DNA of 64,000 nucleotides from Nitrospiraceae bacterium. Its GTDB lineage: Bacteria > Nitrospirota > Nitrospiria > Nitrospirales > Nitrospiraceae. Position 1 is the stretch's first letter. Each line of letters starts with the position of its first letter. Of this stretch, positions 11,482 through 21,927 are shown piece by piece. The DNA lies in assembly GCA_050246315.1 (NCBI GenBank), contig JBFWWG010000003.1, positions 64,001 through 128,000 of the forward strand. The letters are read 5' to 3'. A model generated the notes under the pieces. It saw nothing but the letters and a program-made list of their open reading frames with translations, searched no databases and was not told where the DNA came from. The translations under genes were made by a program, and so were the position numbers.

Positions 11482-12495
11482 GTGCGGACGATTACGAACC
11501 CGCCCAACCCCTATGAGTCGCAACATCGCGACTGGCTCGAAGCGCCGCCGGCTGTGCACGTGCAGGTCTTCGAGGACGACTCCCGAGAGATCCTGACCCG
11601 CAACGAGAGCCCGGACCTGCCGTTTCGATGGAGCGTGAATCCGTACCGGGGCTGCTTTCACGCCTGCGCGTATTGTTATGCGCGCCCGAGCCACGAATAC
11701 TGGGGCTTCGGCGCCGGTACCGATTTTGACTCGAAACTGATCATCAAGCCGGAGGCCCCGGCCCTCCTTCGCCGGACGTTCATGCGGCCATCCTGGCGGG
11801 GCGAGTTGATCGTCTTCTCCGGCAACACCGACTGCTACCAACCGCTTGAAGCGGCCTACGGTCTCACCCAATCCTGCCTGGAGGTCTGCGCAGAGTTTCA
11901 CAATCCGGTCGGCATCATCACGAAAAGCGCACTGATCCAGCGCGATCTCGACCTGCTTCGTCGCCTACGCGACGAAGCGTGGCTCCGCGTCTACGTCAGC
12001 ATCCCGTTTGCCGACGCCGAAACAGCGCGCAAGGTCGAGCCGCACGTGCCGTCCCCTGCCAAACGCCTGGCGACGGTCGAGGCGCTCGCCAAGGCGGGCA
12101 TTCCTACCGGCGTCTCGCTGGCCCCCATCATCCCGGGTCTGAACGACCAGGATATTCCCGCGCTGCTCATGCAGGCGAAGACCGCCGGTGCCGACGAAGC
12201 CTTTTACACACTGCTGCGGCTCTCGGCGAACGTGGAGCCGGTATTCTTGGAGCGTATGGCAGACGCGTTCCCGGATCGTATCGACAAGATCCGCCATCGA
12301 CTCATGGAAGTCAGAGGCGGCAGACTCTCGGACAGCCGCTTCCACTGCCGGCATGAAGGCACCGGCGCCTACTGGAACATGATCGAAAATCTCTTCACGG
12401 TCAGCGCACGGAAAGCCGGCTTCCCGGAGCCGCGCGATGTACCAATTCCACAGACCTTTCGGCGCTCGGCAGTCGGGCAAATGGCGTTGTTCTAG
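11482..12495 (+). CDS. PA0069/SplB-like radical SAM protein
   Basis: NPYRGCFHACAYCYAR (CxxxCxxC), GNTDCYQPLE, C-terminal QMALF (clamp-binding-like). Start approximate. Confidence 0.9.
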   Translation: MRTITNPPNPYESQHRDWLEAPPAVHVQVFEDDSREILTRNESPDLPFRWSVNPYRGCFHACAYCYARPSHEYWGFGAGTDFDSKLIIKPEAPALLRRTFMRPSWRGELIVFSGNTDCYQPLEAAYGLTQSCLEVCAEFHNPVGIITKSALIQRDLDLLRRLRDEAWLRVYVSIPFADAETARKVEPHVPSPAKRLATVEALAKAGIPTGVSLAPIIPGLNDQDIPALLMQAKTAGADEAFYTLLRLSANVEPVFLERMADAFPDRIDKIRHRLMEVRGGRLSDSRFHCRHEGTGAYWNMIENLFTVSARKAGFPEPRDVPIPQTFRRSAVGQMALF

Positions 12496-12616
12496 TTCAG
12501 TTTCACGCCGATGAGGGCCACCAGTCCGGTGATCCACGCCTCATCGCCTCCGCTCCCTCAAGGGGAGAGGCCAGGGAGAGGGAAATGCAGCAATCTTATC
12601 GCGTAGCGCAGGTGAC

Positions 12617-13003
12617 GTGATGACCCATAACCCCGGATTTCTGAAACTCGTCAATGAGACCCGCGCGCGGATTCGCGAGTGCCTGATCGACGAAGTCAAG
12701 ACCAAGCTGGATCGACACCAGCGATTCCACTTGATCGACGTGCGCGAGGACCATGAGTTCGGCAAGGATCATATCAAGGGTGCCCATCATCTGGGCAAAG
12801 GCATCCTCGAACGCGACATCGAAACCCTCATTCCTGACCGGCAGGCCGAGATCGTGCTGTACTGCGGTGGCGGTTATCGGTCAGCCTTGGCGGCAGATGC
12901 GCTTCAACACATGGGCTACACTCACGTCACCTCGATGGACGGCGGCATCCGAGCCTGGCGGGAAGCCGGATACCCGCTGGAGTCAGGGACCGGGACGAAG
13001 TGA
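12617..13003 (+). CDS. Rhodanese-like sulfurtransferase
   Basis: LIDVRE, LYCGGGYRS, MDGGIRAW. Confidence 0.92.
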   Translation: MMTHNPGFLKLVNETRARIRECLIDEVKTKLDRHQRFHLIDVREDHEFGKDHIKGAHHLGKGILERDIETLIPDRQAEIVLYCGGGYRSALAADALQHMGYTHVTSMDGGIRAWREAGYPLESGTGTK

Positions 13004-14079
13004 TCGACCTGTCCCGCCGAGACCTGCTCGGCCGTCTCGGGTTCGGAGCCGGACTCTATGCCGCCATTGCCAGGACGCCCCGCTCGTTGCTCGGAACCCT
13101 GCTCTTCGAGCCGACGGCCCCGCTGGTCGAGCCCAAGCCGATTCCTCAAAACCCCTTCGTCAGTGGGTCTCGATCGCTCGTGGCCATCGTGCATGGCCGC
13201 GATCCGCTCACCATGCTGACGACGGGAATGGAGCAGTTGGGAGGATGGGGTCGGTTGCCGGTGCAAGGCAAGCGCGTGCTGATCAAACCCAATGTCGTGA
13301 ACGACCGGCCGCCGCCGTCCACAACCAACCCGCTGGTCGTCGAAGCCGTCATTCAATCGGTCCGATCCGCCGGGGCGGCGGAGGTCATCGTGGCGGACAG
13401 TTCCGGACTCATCCGCTTTCCGACCAAGACCAATCTCGAAGCCACCGGCATGAGGGCCGCCGCGGCACGGCAGGGCGCGACGGTCCTCGCCTTGGAGGAT
13501 CTGGACTGGGTCGGAGTGGAACCGCCGGCCGCGACGGTGCTTCGCCGATACTTTGTTTCGAAGCCGCTCTACGAGGCCGATCTGGTTATCAACGTTCCCG
13601 TGATCAAGACCCATCGGTTTGCCCATTACTCGTGCAGCCTGAAAAATTGGGTCGGGATCGTGCATCCACGCAATCGCCCGTCGGTGACCTTTCTCTCCGG
13701 CCACTGGCATGAACGGATCGCCGAGCTCAACCTGGCCGTGCATCCGCATCTCACGGTTGCCGATGGGACTAAGGTGATGATCGAAGGGGGACCGACAAGC
13801 GGCACATCAGCGCAGGCAGATTTGCTGTTGATCAGCGGGGATCGCGTGGCCCTCGACGTGGTGGCGCTGGCTCTGCTCCGGTCCTACGGGCGATGGCCGA
13901 AGATCATGGAGGGGAGTCCGTGGGAGCAACGACAGATCAAACGGGCCATCGAGTTAGGCCTCGGGGCGATCGGACCGGAGCACCTCACGTTGTCCCCAGT
14001 CTCGACCGAGGGGGAGAGCGATGCGTTCGCCCGACTCGTTGAGGGAGTACGGAAGGATATCGGAACGGGACCAGCCTAA
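13000..14079 (+). CDS. DUF362 domain protein with Tat signal
   Basis: SRRDLL twin-Arg motif; VLIKPN, VPVIKTH, SLKN motifs. Confidence 0.85.
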   Translation: MIDLSRRDLLGRLGFGAGLYAAIARTPRSLLGTLLFEPTAPLVEPKPIPQNPFVSGSRSLVAIVHGRDPLTMLTTGMEQLGGWGRLPVQGKRVLIKPNVVNDRPPPSTTNPLVVEAVIQSVRSAGAAEVIVADSSGLIRFPTKTNLEATGMRAAAARQGATVLALEDLDWVGVEPPAATVLRRYFVSKPLYEADLVINVPVIKTHRFAHYSCSLKNWVGIVHPRNRPSVTFLSGHWHERIAELNLAVHPHLTVADGTKVMIEGGPTSGTSAQADLLLISGDRVALDVVALALLRSYGRWPKIMEGSPWEQRQIKRAIELGLGAIGPEHLTLSPVSTEGESDAFARLVEGVRKDIGTGPA

Positions 14080-14092
14080 ACGATAGGTCGGC

Positions 14093-14644
14093 CTACTTGT
14101 TGACTCGATCGAATTCTTTGATCACCTGATCCGTGAGATCGATCGTGTCCTTGTTGTAGATCACGATCTTGATGGTCTGCTCGCTGCCCTTGTCCACCAC
14201 CAGAGCAAAGCCGCTCTTCTCCGCCACCGTCTGGGTCGCCGAGCTGATCTTCTTCATATACTCGTCCACTAACCCCTTCTGCTTGGCGGCCAACTCCTGA
14301 TTGAATTCTTGCAGCCGCTTCTGATACTCACCGATCTTTGTGCGGAACTTTTCCTGCTTTTCCTTTTTCACGGCATCGCTCAAGGTGCTTTCCTGCTCCT
14401 TGAGCTGTTTCTCCATGCTTTTCAAATCCTCCTCATCCTGCGACAGGAGTTTTTGACGAGCCTGGGCGTATTCCTTAAGCGTATCGAGCGCGCGACGCCC
14501 GGCCTTGGTCTTCTCCAGCACGGTTTGGGGATCGACCACACCCATTTTGAAGTCCGCGGCGACAACCGGCTCAGCCGCAAGCCCTGCCACCCCGCACAGA
14601 ATCAGGATCAATGCCAAGCGTGCAATCCGATCCAGCCAGTTCAT
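14093..14644 (-). CDS. skp: OmpH/Skp periplasmic chaperone
   Basis: Signal peptide, KMGVVD, long coiled coil, DLTDQVI C-terminus. Confidence 0.88.
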   Translation of the reverse strand: MNWLDRIARLALILILCGVAGLAAEPVVAADFKMGVVDPQTVLEKTKAGRRALDTLKEYAQARQKLLSQDEEDLKSMEKQLKEQESTLSDAVKKEKQEKFRTKIGEYQKRLQEFNQELAAKQKGLVDEYMKKISSATQTVAEKSGFALVVDKGSEQTIKIVIYNKDTIDLTDQVIKEFDRVNK

Positions 14645-14771
14645 GCGCACATGCTCCTTTGTCAATGAGTTGAAGCGCGAGGCTCTCATACACAACACTG
14701 CCGGCCAGAATAGCGTTCGATTTTGGCCACTGTCAAGCCGGTGACGGAGGGACCCGCAGGGACGGGGTGGA

Positions 14772-16298
14772 TTAGACGAAGTACCTGCTGGTATCGAATT
14801 GATAGGCGGCGTTGTCGACGAGTTGAACGATACTGAACCGGTATTCACCATCGTCCGTCTTCTCAGCCAAATCCAGCTCGGGACCGGCCTCGACGGGATC
14901 GCCGTTGCGGTCCGCAACCATCCGCACGACCGGCCGTTCGGCATTGTCCTTGTCTTGAGCCGGTCGTACGACTACGGCTAGCTCGTTGCTGTCCAACAGG
15001 ACCAAACTGCCGATCGGCACGATCCCGACGCAATTCACGAACAGTTTTAACAGCACCGGATCGAACGACTGGCCGCTCTTGGAAAACATGAACTGGAGCA
15101 CCTTGGCGGGGGTCAACGGTTCGCGCCGATACACGCGGGAGGACGTCATCGCGTCGTAACAGTCGGCGATTGTCACGATCCGACTGGCCACCGACTGTTT
15201 CCACTCGACGGCCAGCTTCGGATAGCCGGAAAAGTCGTAATTCATATGGTGTTCGAAGGAGGCGCCGGCCATGCGATCCGGCACCTGATGAATCCCCCTC
15301 AATTGAATCAAGGTCAGCACACCCTCGGTGGGATGCGTGCGCATGACGGCCCATTCCTCTTTCGTAAACTCGCCCGGCTTGTTCAAAACGTCGAGCGAAA
15401 TGGCGCATTTCCCCACATCGTGAAACAAGGCGGCCAATCCGAGATCCGCCAAATCGACCTTCGAGTAGCCGGCCCGATTGCCCAGCGCCATGGAGAGGAG
15501 CGCGACATTCACGGAGTGGTTGTGCGTGTACTCATCGTGGCATCGAAGCGTGGTGAGTCCCAAGAGGGTCGCCGGGTCCTGCGAGAGGAGATCCACGATA
15601 TTTTGGATCGCACGCTTCGCCTGCTTGAATCCGACCGCGCCGCCGTCACGGGCCTGCTGCATCAGGTTGCCCACGGCCCCGGCGGCCGACATGTAGGAGC
15701 TCTTCGCCGCAGCCTTTTGCTGATTGATTCCGGCCGGATTGAGAAATTTCGGATCCTCCAGCTCGATACCTCTGACGCCTTGCCCCTCCAGTTCCTGGCG
15801 CAGATCCTGGAGGGACTTCAAGGCGGGATCACCGGTGACGAAGACGTGCGCGAACCCTCGAATGTCCTTGGACTCCACCCCGTTCGAGAATGAAATCCCG
15901 CCGACCTTCCAGGCGTTCAGACTGTCGATGACACTCGAAAAGACCGCCATTTGTTGGGCGCTGACTTTCAGATGTTGGTCGCCGATGAACAGAAAGTCAT
16001 TCTGGAGGCGAAGCACCACCGCCGCACTGTGAGCCAGCGTCTTGATCAGCGTGAGCATGCCTTCCACCGGCTTGTCGAGCGCGGCATTCGTCTGACCATG
16101 AATACGGGCGGTCTTGATGAGCGCATTCAACTGGGTGACCAATTGGATTCCCAGCATCAGGATCTGCTGGTCCAGAATATCGCCGGCCTCCGAACCCCTG
16201 GCGATTTTCTGTGTCAGCGACTTTTCATGGGTCAGGAACGGCTGGCCGCCCGCTTCGGAGCTCTCCGTTTGAGGTGGGGATGTCGTGGGCTCAGGCAT
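14772..16298 (-). CDS. HD-GYP domain phosphodiesterase
   Basis: YTHNHS, HDVGK, EHH, SGYP, ADCYDAMTS.R.YR. Confidence 0.9.
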   Translation of the reverse strand: MPEPTTSPPQTESSEAGGQPFLTHEKSLTQKIARGSEAGDILDQQILMLGIQLVTQLNALIKTARIHGQTNAALDKPVEGMLTLIKTLAHSAAVVLRLQNDFLFIGDQHLKVSAQQMAVFSSVIDSLNAWKVGGISFSNGVESKDIRGFAHVFVTGDPALKSLQDLRQELEGQGVRGIELEDPKFLNPAGINQQKAAAKSSYMSAAGAVGNLMQQARDGGAVGFKQAKRAIQNIVDLLSQDPATLLGLTTLRCHDEYTHNHSVNVALLSMALGNRAGYSKVDLADLGLAALFHDVGKCAISLDVLNKPGEFTKEEWAVMRTHPTEGVLTLIQLRGIHQVPDRMAGASFEHHMNYDFSGYPKLAVEWKQSVASRIVTIADCYDAMTSSRVYRREPLTPAKVLQFMFSKSGQSFDPVLLKLFVNCVGIVPIGSLVLLDSNELAVVVRPAQDKDNAERPVVRMVADRNGDPVEAGPELDLAEKTDDGEYRFSIVQLVDNAAYQFDTSRYFV

Positions 16299-16325
16299 TG
16301 GTCATACCGTTCCGACGGCCGCGCA

Positions 16326-18122
16326 TCACGCAGCCGAGGATTTGGACTTCTGTTGTTTCGCGGCCAGCACCAGGGCGTTACTGCAAGCCTGGCGCACGCT
16401 GCCGCCGCCTTTGGCTTGGCCGAACTCGAGCGCCTGCATGGCCGCCGGCGTCGCGAGTTTACCCAGCGCCTCGGCGGCCAACAGCGCAAGATCCTCCTTC
16501 TTCTTCCGGTTGGTCCAGGACCATTCCGTGAGTAGTTCCCGCCAATAGGGAACCGCCTCATCACCGCTGGTCTGGCGGACGGCTTGATAGATCGCCCGCT
16601 TCTCAGCCTGACTGCAGTCGGCAAACTGCTCGCCGGACAGGATCGGAGACCAGGTGGAGAAGGGAACCGTGTAGGGACCGTCGTTCAACAGCTTGAGTGC
16701 GGCCATGCGAACCGTTTCGTCGGGGTCGCCGACCGAACCGACAAATCTGATCCCGGACCCGTTGGGACGGAGGTGACCCAACAGGCGGATAACCTCCTTG
16801 CGGATCTGAGGATCGGGATACCGGACGATCTTTTCGACATGCTCGGCATGCCGGGGATTATTCCATCGATGGAGGATCGAGAGCAGGTGCCGTACGTAGC
16901 TCGGCCGCCGATCGGTCAGGCCGCGTAGGATCGGCTCGGGCGTCTCCCTTGCGAGCGTGACCAGCGCATCAACCACGACGGCTTGATGGCCGGGAAACTG
17001 AAGATTGGACAGTAATCCGCAGAGACCAGGCGTCGCAGCGGGCGGCATCTGGAGCAGAACCGACGGAAAGTCCCCTGTGTTCGCGTCCGCGGAGCGGTTC
17101 AGACAGGTTTCAATCTTCTTCAATTGCTCGGGAGAACCCAAATCCGAAAGGATTTGTGCCTTGCGCAATTGCTGTGCATCCGTCAGGTCGGGGCGGACCC
17201 CTTTCGACTCATGCAGGAAGCCGAGCACCCTCGTGACGATCGTCCAATTCCCTTGTTCCAGCAGCGACGCCATGACGCTTCCGAACACATCCAGACAGCG
17301 CGACAGCACCCGCTCCGATTGTTCCGAGACAAAGATCGCCGAGAGGACCTCGACCAGATAGGCGACACTGTCCCGACGGCTTTCCGCCAGAATCTCCGCC
17401 TGCAAGGCGACCATTTCCGCTTCTGTGTTCTCGAATCCGACCAGACCGGATTGAAATCGCGCCCGTTGCGAGGCGCCGGTGCCGCCGGCACCTGTCTGGG
17501 ATTTGGACAGCCGAGACGTTTCTTGGTCGATGATCTCGCGAAGCCGGCCGGGAGGGGCGCTCATGCTCCCCGCAACCTGCGGACTGAGGATATCGAGCGC
17601 CCCTGCCACCTTGGCGATTTCCTCCGCCGTCACAATGGTGATGGTGGCCAGATTTTTCGCCCAGAGCCTGGTCACGATATCATCGTCGTCTTCGTCTCCC
17701 TCCTGTCCGGTGCCCCCCCACAAGGCGCCCAGGAAAAACGCCAGGTCCTCCCGCGAGATCCCGGCCGTGATCACCAATTCCCGAATGCCGTCCGCATAGA
17801 GTTTGAATGCAAAATTCTCGCTGGTCCCCTCGGCTTCCGGTTGATAGACCGATTGGTCTTTGAAGTAGAGCTCGGACCGCTGGATCACGAATCCCAAAAA
17901 TTGGTGAGTCGCCAAATGGGATTCAACATCCCGGTACAACTGGTCGAAGAACTTCCGCGCGACGGGATTCGTCGGACCGTAGGTGCGATAGGATTTCGAG
18001 GTTTTATCGAGCAGTCGAAGGAGTTGTTTGACGGCCGCCACTTCGGGATCGACCGCTTCCGGCTCTTTCCCTTCGAGGAGTGAAGAGGCTCGGCTGCGGC
18101 CCTCCGATTTGGGCTGATCCAT
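16326..18122 (-). CDS. HEAT-repeat protein
   Basis: Repeats such as DPQIRKEVIRLLG, DPDETVRMAALKLL, AAEALGKL. Confidence 0.75.
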   Translation of the reverse strand: MDQPKSEGRSRASSLLEGKEPEAVDPEVAAVKQLLRLLDKTSKSYRTYGPTNPVARKFFDQLYRDVESHLATHQFLGFVIQRSELYFKDQSVYQPEAEGTSENFAFKLYADGIRELVITAGISREDLAFFLGALWGGTGQEGDEDDDDIVTRLWAKNLATITIVTAEEIAKVAGALDILSPQVAGSMSAPPGRLREIIDQETSRLSKSQTGAGGTGASQRARFQSGLVGFENTEAEMVALQAEILAESRRDSVAYLVEVLSAIFVSEQSERVLSRCLDVFGSVMASLLEQGNWTIVTRVLGFLHESKGVRPDLTDAQQLRKAQILSDLGSPEQLKKIETCLNRSADANTGDFPSVLLQMPPAATPGLCGLLSNLQFPGHQAVVVDALVTLARETPEPILRGLTDRRPSYVRHLLSILHRWNNPRHAEHVEKIVRYPDPQIRKEVIRLLGHLRPNGSGIRFVGSVGDPDETVRMAALKLLNDGPYTVPFSTWSPILSGEQFADCSQAEKRAIYQAVRQTSGDEAVPYWRELLTEWSWTNRKKKEDLALLAAEALGKLATPAAMQALEFGQAKGGGSVRQACSNALVLAAKQQKSKSSAA

Positions 18123-18319
18123 AAGCTAGTGGTACCGTGGACCCTCCGGTTCGTCAAGACATTCCACGCTCTGCGCGGGTGGGGAGTTGCCACACATTGA
18201 CCGCATCGGGGCCAGACGGAGGGATTCCACCGGTTGTCCCTTCCGACCAGGCCACGTACAATGCGCCGAGTTCCGGCGTTTCTGCATTCGAGACCGACCA
18301 CAATCCCGACCCAGCTCCA

Positions 18320-18982
18320 ATGACGCCGCCACCGCCACTCATCATCTGTTTCGGCGACAGCCTGACGGCGGGCTTCCAAACCCCCACGCCCCAACACCCC
18401 ACGGGATGCGAAACGCCCTATGGAGACCTGCTCCAAGCACGGCTGGGAGATCGAGCCAGAGTCCGGGTCAGCGGCATCTGCGGTGAATTGACGGGCGAGA
18501 TGGTCCTACGCTTCCGGCAGGACGTGCTGGCGCACCATCCGGCCCATGTCATCATCCTCGGTGGCACGAACGATCTCGGTTGGAATGCGCATCCGCAGGA
18601 GATCATGCGCAACTTGGTCAAAATGTACGAACAAGCCTTGGCCGGCGGCGCCACACCGGTCCCAGTGACGATTCCGTCCATTCGGGTGGAGGACGTCGGC
18701 GGCTCGCCCGAGGCCGCAGATTGGGTCCAGGGCCACGTGTCCCGGCGACGTCAGATCAACGGCTTGATCATAGACTATGCCTCACGCAAAGGCCTGCCCC
18801 TGATCGACCTCTTCACGGCCACCGCCGATCCCGCGACCCAACAACTGGCGGAGGTCTTCTCCAACGACGGGCTGCATCTGACGACCGCCGGCTACCGGCT
18901 CCTGGCCAACCTGGTCTATGACCAGGTGTCTGCCGACACTCGGTTGCGCGGCGGGGATTCTCCGCCTGAGGTTGAGGCATGA
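18320..18982 (+). CDS. SGNH/GDSL hydrolase
   Basis: FGDSLT, GGTND and DGLH blocks. Confidence 0.9.
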   Translation: MTPPPPLIICFGDSLTAGFQTPTPQHPTGCETPYGDLLQARLGDRARVRVSGICGELTGEMVLRFRQDVLAHHPAHVIILGGTNDLGWNAHPQEIMRNLVKMYEQALAGGATPVPVTIPSIRVEDVGGSPEAADWVQGHVSRRRQINGLIIDYASRKGLPLIDLFTATADPATQQLAEVFSNDGLHLTTAGYRLLANLVYDQVSADTRLRGGDSPPEVEA

Positions 18983-19299
18983 TTGCAGATGTGACCGATT
19001 GGGATTTCGATCGAATCGTCGGCGCCTCGACGATCCCGGTGTTGGTGGAATTCTGGCAGCCCGGCTGCGGGCACTGCCGGGCCTTGCTTGCGGAATTGGA
19101 AAGGCTTCAGCCGGAATTGGAAGGGCACATCACGATCCTCAAGATGAACGTGCGCGACAACCACCAGATTCCGGCCGAACTGGAGATCACCGGCTTGCCG
19201 GTGCTCGCGCTGTACGAGCAGGGGGAATTTCAGCGCTTTATCGGAGGGCTGGGGAGGAAAGAGGACATCAAGAAGCAGTTGTCGCTGGGCGCCGGCTAA
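18979..19299 (+). CDS. Thioredoxin family protein
   Basis: VLVEFWQPGCGHC; about 106 aa. Confidence 0.88.
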   Translation: MIADVTDWDFDRIVGASTIPVLVEFWQPGCGHCRALLAELERLQPELEGHITILKMNVRDNHQIPAELEITGLPVLALYEQGEFQRFIGGLGRKEDIKKQLSLGAG

Positions 19300-20840
19300 A
19301 GGATGCGCCAACTCCGACCTTCCTTCTGAATCATCCGGTCCGCTTCGACCGGTCCCCAGGTCCCGGCCGGATATTCCGGCAGCCACCGGAGCCCCTGTTG
19401 GCTCCAGCCCTCCAGAATGTCCGTGATCCAGCCCCAAGAAGCCTCGACCGCGTCCCGCCGCATGAAGCGCGATGCATCGCCCGCCATGACATCCAGCAAC
19501 AGCCTCTCGTAGGCCTCGGGGGAGGGTTTACCGAACACGTCGGCATACTTGAAGCTCATCTCGACCGGATGGGTTTCGGTCCTCGTGCCGGGCACCCGCG
19601 AGACGATGCGCAGTGACAGTCCCTCCTCCGGCTGAATACGGAGCGCCAGCACGTTCGGCGGCTGAGGGTTCTCGGGACTGGCATTGAACAGGATCTGAGG
19701 GATGTCTTTGAACTGCACGGCCACTTCGCTGGCCCGTTTCGGGAGCGCCTTGCCGGTGCGCAGATAGAAGGGCACCCGGGACCAGCGCCAGTTTTCCACG
19801 AAACACTTCACGGCCACATAGGTCTCGGTCGTCGAACCGGGGTTCACCCCAGCCTCGCGGCGATAGCCGGGCACCTGCTCGTTGTGCCCTCGGCCTTCCG
19901 CATATTGCGCCCGAACGGTGAAGGACTCGACATCCTTCCCGCGGATCGGCCTGAGGCAGCGCAGCACCTCCATCTTGGCGTTGCGCACCACGTCGGGGTC
20001 CAGCGAGTAGGGGGGTTCCATGGCCACCAAACAGAGGAGTTGCAGCAGATGGTTCTGGATCATGTCGCGCAACGCGCCCGCTTCCTCGTAGTAGGTCGCC
20101 CTCGTGCCCACGCCTTCCGTCTCGCTCACCGTGATTTGCACGTGATCGATATACTTGTGGTTCCAGACCGGCTCGAACAGACTGTTTCCGAACCGAACGA
20201 CCATGAGATTCTGAACGGTCTCCTTTCCGAGATAGTGATCGATGCGAAATATCTGCGACTCGTCGAACACTCGTCCCGTCACCGCATTGATCTGTTTGGC
20301 CGACTGGAGATCGCGGCCCACGGGCTTCTCCACGATGATACGCGCATAGGGCGCGGTCGGGCCGGGGCGCACAGCGAGTCCGGACTGTTCCAGCCCTTCA
20401 CAGACGGTGGTGAAAGAACTGGGAGGAATGCTGAGGTAGAAGATGCGGTGGCCGGGGAGCCCGAGCCGCCGTTCGATCTCCTCCGCCCGCCGTTTGATCT
20501 GTTGGAACGTGACGGGATCGTCCGTATCGCCCGATTGATAGAAGAGATGACCGGCAAAGTCCCGCCACTTCTCGTCAATCAGAGCCTGACGGGAGAAACG
20601 CGCAATCCCTTCGCGCGCCACTTCTCGAAATTCCTCATCGGTCATCTGCTTCCGCCCCAACCCCAGAACGGCGTACGTCGCGGGGAGCAATCCATCCAGC
20701 ATGAGATTGTAGATGGCGGGGATTAGTCTCCGCCGGGCGAGGTCGCCCGAGCCGCCGAAGATCACCATCGTACAGGGCTCGACCGGGGACAATTCATTGG
20801 TTACGGCCTCGATATGAACACGTTCGGCATCAGAGGACAT
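19296..20840 (-). CDS. zwf: Glucose-6-phosphate 1-dehydrogenase
   Basis: GGSGDLA, EKPVG, RIDHYLGKE, PFYLRTGK. Confidence 0.98.
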   Translation of the reverse strand: MSSDAERVHIEAVTNELSPVEPCTMVIFGGSGDLARRRLIPAIYNLMLDGLLPATYAVLGLGRKQMTDEEFREVAREGIARFSRQALIDEKWRDFAGHLFYQSGDTDDPVTFQQIKRRAEEIERRLGLPGHRIFYLSIPPSSFTTVCEGLEQSGLAVRPGPTAPYARIIVEKPVGRDLQSAKQINAVTGRVFDESQIFRIDHYLGKETVQNLMVVRFGNSLFEPVWNHKYIDHVQITVSETEGVGTRATYYEEAGALRDMIQNHLLQLLCLVAMEPPYSLDPDVVRNAKMEVLRCLRPIRGKDVESFTVRAQYAEGRGHNEQVPGYRREAGVNPGSTTETYVAVKCFVENWRWSRVPFYLRTGKALPKRASEVAVQFKDIPQILFNASPENPQPPNVLALRIQPEEGLSLRIVSRVPGTRTETHPVEMSFKYADVFGKPSPEAYERLLLDVMAGDASRFMRRDAVEASWGWITDILEGWSQQGLRWLPEYPAGTWGPVEADRMIQKEGRSWRIL

Positions 20841-20867
20841 GGGACTTGGCTCCTGGAGGAAAGGGGA

Positions 20868-21761
20868 TTAACGGCGGACGGCATGTCCCCCGAACGCGTT
20901 GCGCAGCGCCGCGAGCATTTTTTCTGCGAAGGACTGTTCCTGACGGGATCGGAATCGGGTATACAGCGCCATGGTCAAGGTCGGCACCGGCACATCCTTG
21001 TCGATCGCCTCCTGAATCATCCATCGCCCCTCTCCCGAATCCTGGACGAAGCCCTTGAGTTTATCGAGCTTGGGATCGTCCTTCAGCGCGGTCGCAGCCA
21101 GTTCCAATAGCCAAGACCGTACCACGCTTCCCTGCATCCAAAGATCGGCGATGCGGCCTAAGTCCAGTTCGTACCCACTCTTGGCCATCAACTCAAAACC
21201 TTCCGCATAGCCCTGCATCATGCTGTATTCAATGCCGTTATGCACCATCTTCACATAGTGCCCCGCGCCGGGCCCGCCCACATGCGCCCAACCGTTCGGC
21301 GGCGCCAAGGTGGTGAGCACCGGTGCCAGTCGCTCGACCGCGGCCCGGTCCCCGCCGACCATCAGGCAATAGCCGTTGGCAAGACCCCAAACGCCGCCGC
21401 TGGTTCCGGCATCAATATAATGCAAACTCTTAGCTTTCAGTAAAGCATGGCGCCGCACATCGTCGTGAAAGTTGGTGTTCCCGCCGTCCACGATCGTGTC
21501 GCCCGCGGCCAGCAAGCTGGCCGTCTGTTGAATCGTCTCCTCCGTGGGAGGACCGGAGGGCACCATGATCCAGACCGTCCGCGGAGCCGCCAGCTTCGAC
21601 GCGAGATCGGCAAGGGACGTCGCGCCGACACAGCCCTGTTGCTCGGCCTGTTTGATCAAATCCGTTGCGCGGTCGTACACCACCACGCGATGCTGGTCCC
21701 GGCGCAACCGCCGGACCATGTTCATGCCCATTTTCCCGAGCCCGATGAATCCGATCTCCAT
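20868..21761 (-). CDS. gnd: Decarboxylating 6-phosphogluconate dehydrogenase (short type)
   Basis: GLGKMG, DGGN, GTSGG, KMVHNGIEY, RNAFGGH. Confidence 0.96.
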   Translation of the reverse strand: MEIGFIGLGKMGMNMVRRLRRDQHRVVVYDRATDLIKQAEQQGCVGATSLADLASKLAAPRTVWIMVPSGPPTEETIQQTASLLAAGDTIVDGGNTNFHDDVRRHALLKAKSLHYIDAGTSGGVWGLANGYCLMVGGDRAAVERLAPVLTTLAPPNGWAHVGGPGAGHYVKMVHNGIEYSMMQGYAEGFELMAKSGYELDLGRIADLWMQGSVVRSWLLELAATALKDDPKLDKLKGFVQDSGEGRWMIQEAIDKDVPVPTLTMALYTRFRSRQEQSFAEKMLAALRNAFGGHAVRR

Positions 21762-21822
21762 AAATGACTCTCCTCTCGCTTGACTCAGACAAGAAACCAG
21801 AACGTCAATCGACGGACGCGAC

Positions 21823-21918
21823 ACGTCAAGGGGTAATCGTCAACCGTCAACCGATCGATTTCTCGGTGCGATGCTCGATCTGGGCCGTCGTTGGACGATT
21901 GACGCTTGACGGATGACG
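21823..21918. repeat. Degenerate heptamer cluster CGTCAA(C/T) / (A/C)TTGACG in inverted arrangement
   Basis: cgtcaaccgtcaacc ... gattgacgcttgacggatgacg; similar clusters at 23071-23168 and 50515-50545. Confidence 0.55.
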
Positions 21919-21927
21919 ACAACGTGC

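Noticed and set aside
12546..12582. ctccctcaaggggag hairpin as a terminator
   Set aside because: No U-tract; more likely a decayed REP-like palindrome, seen only once here.
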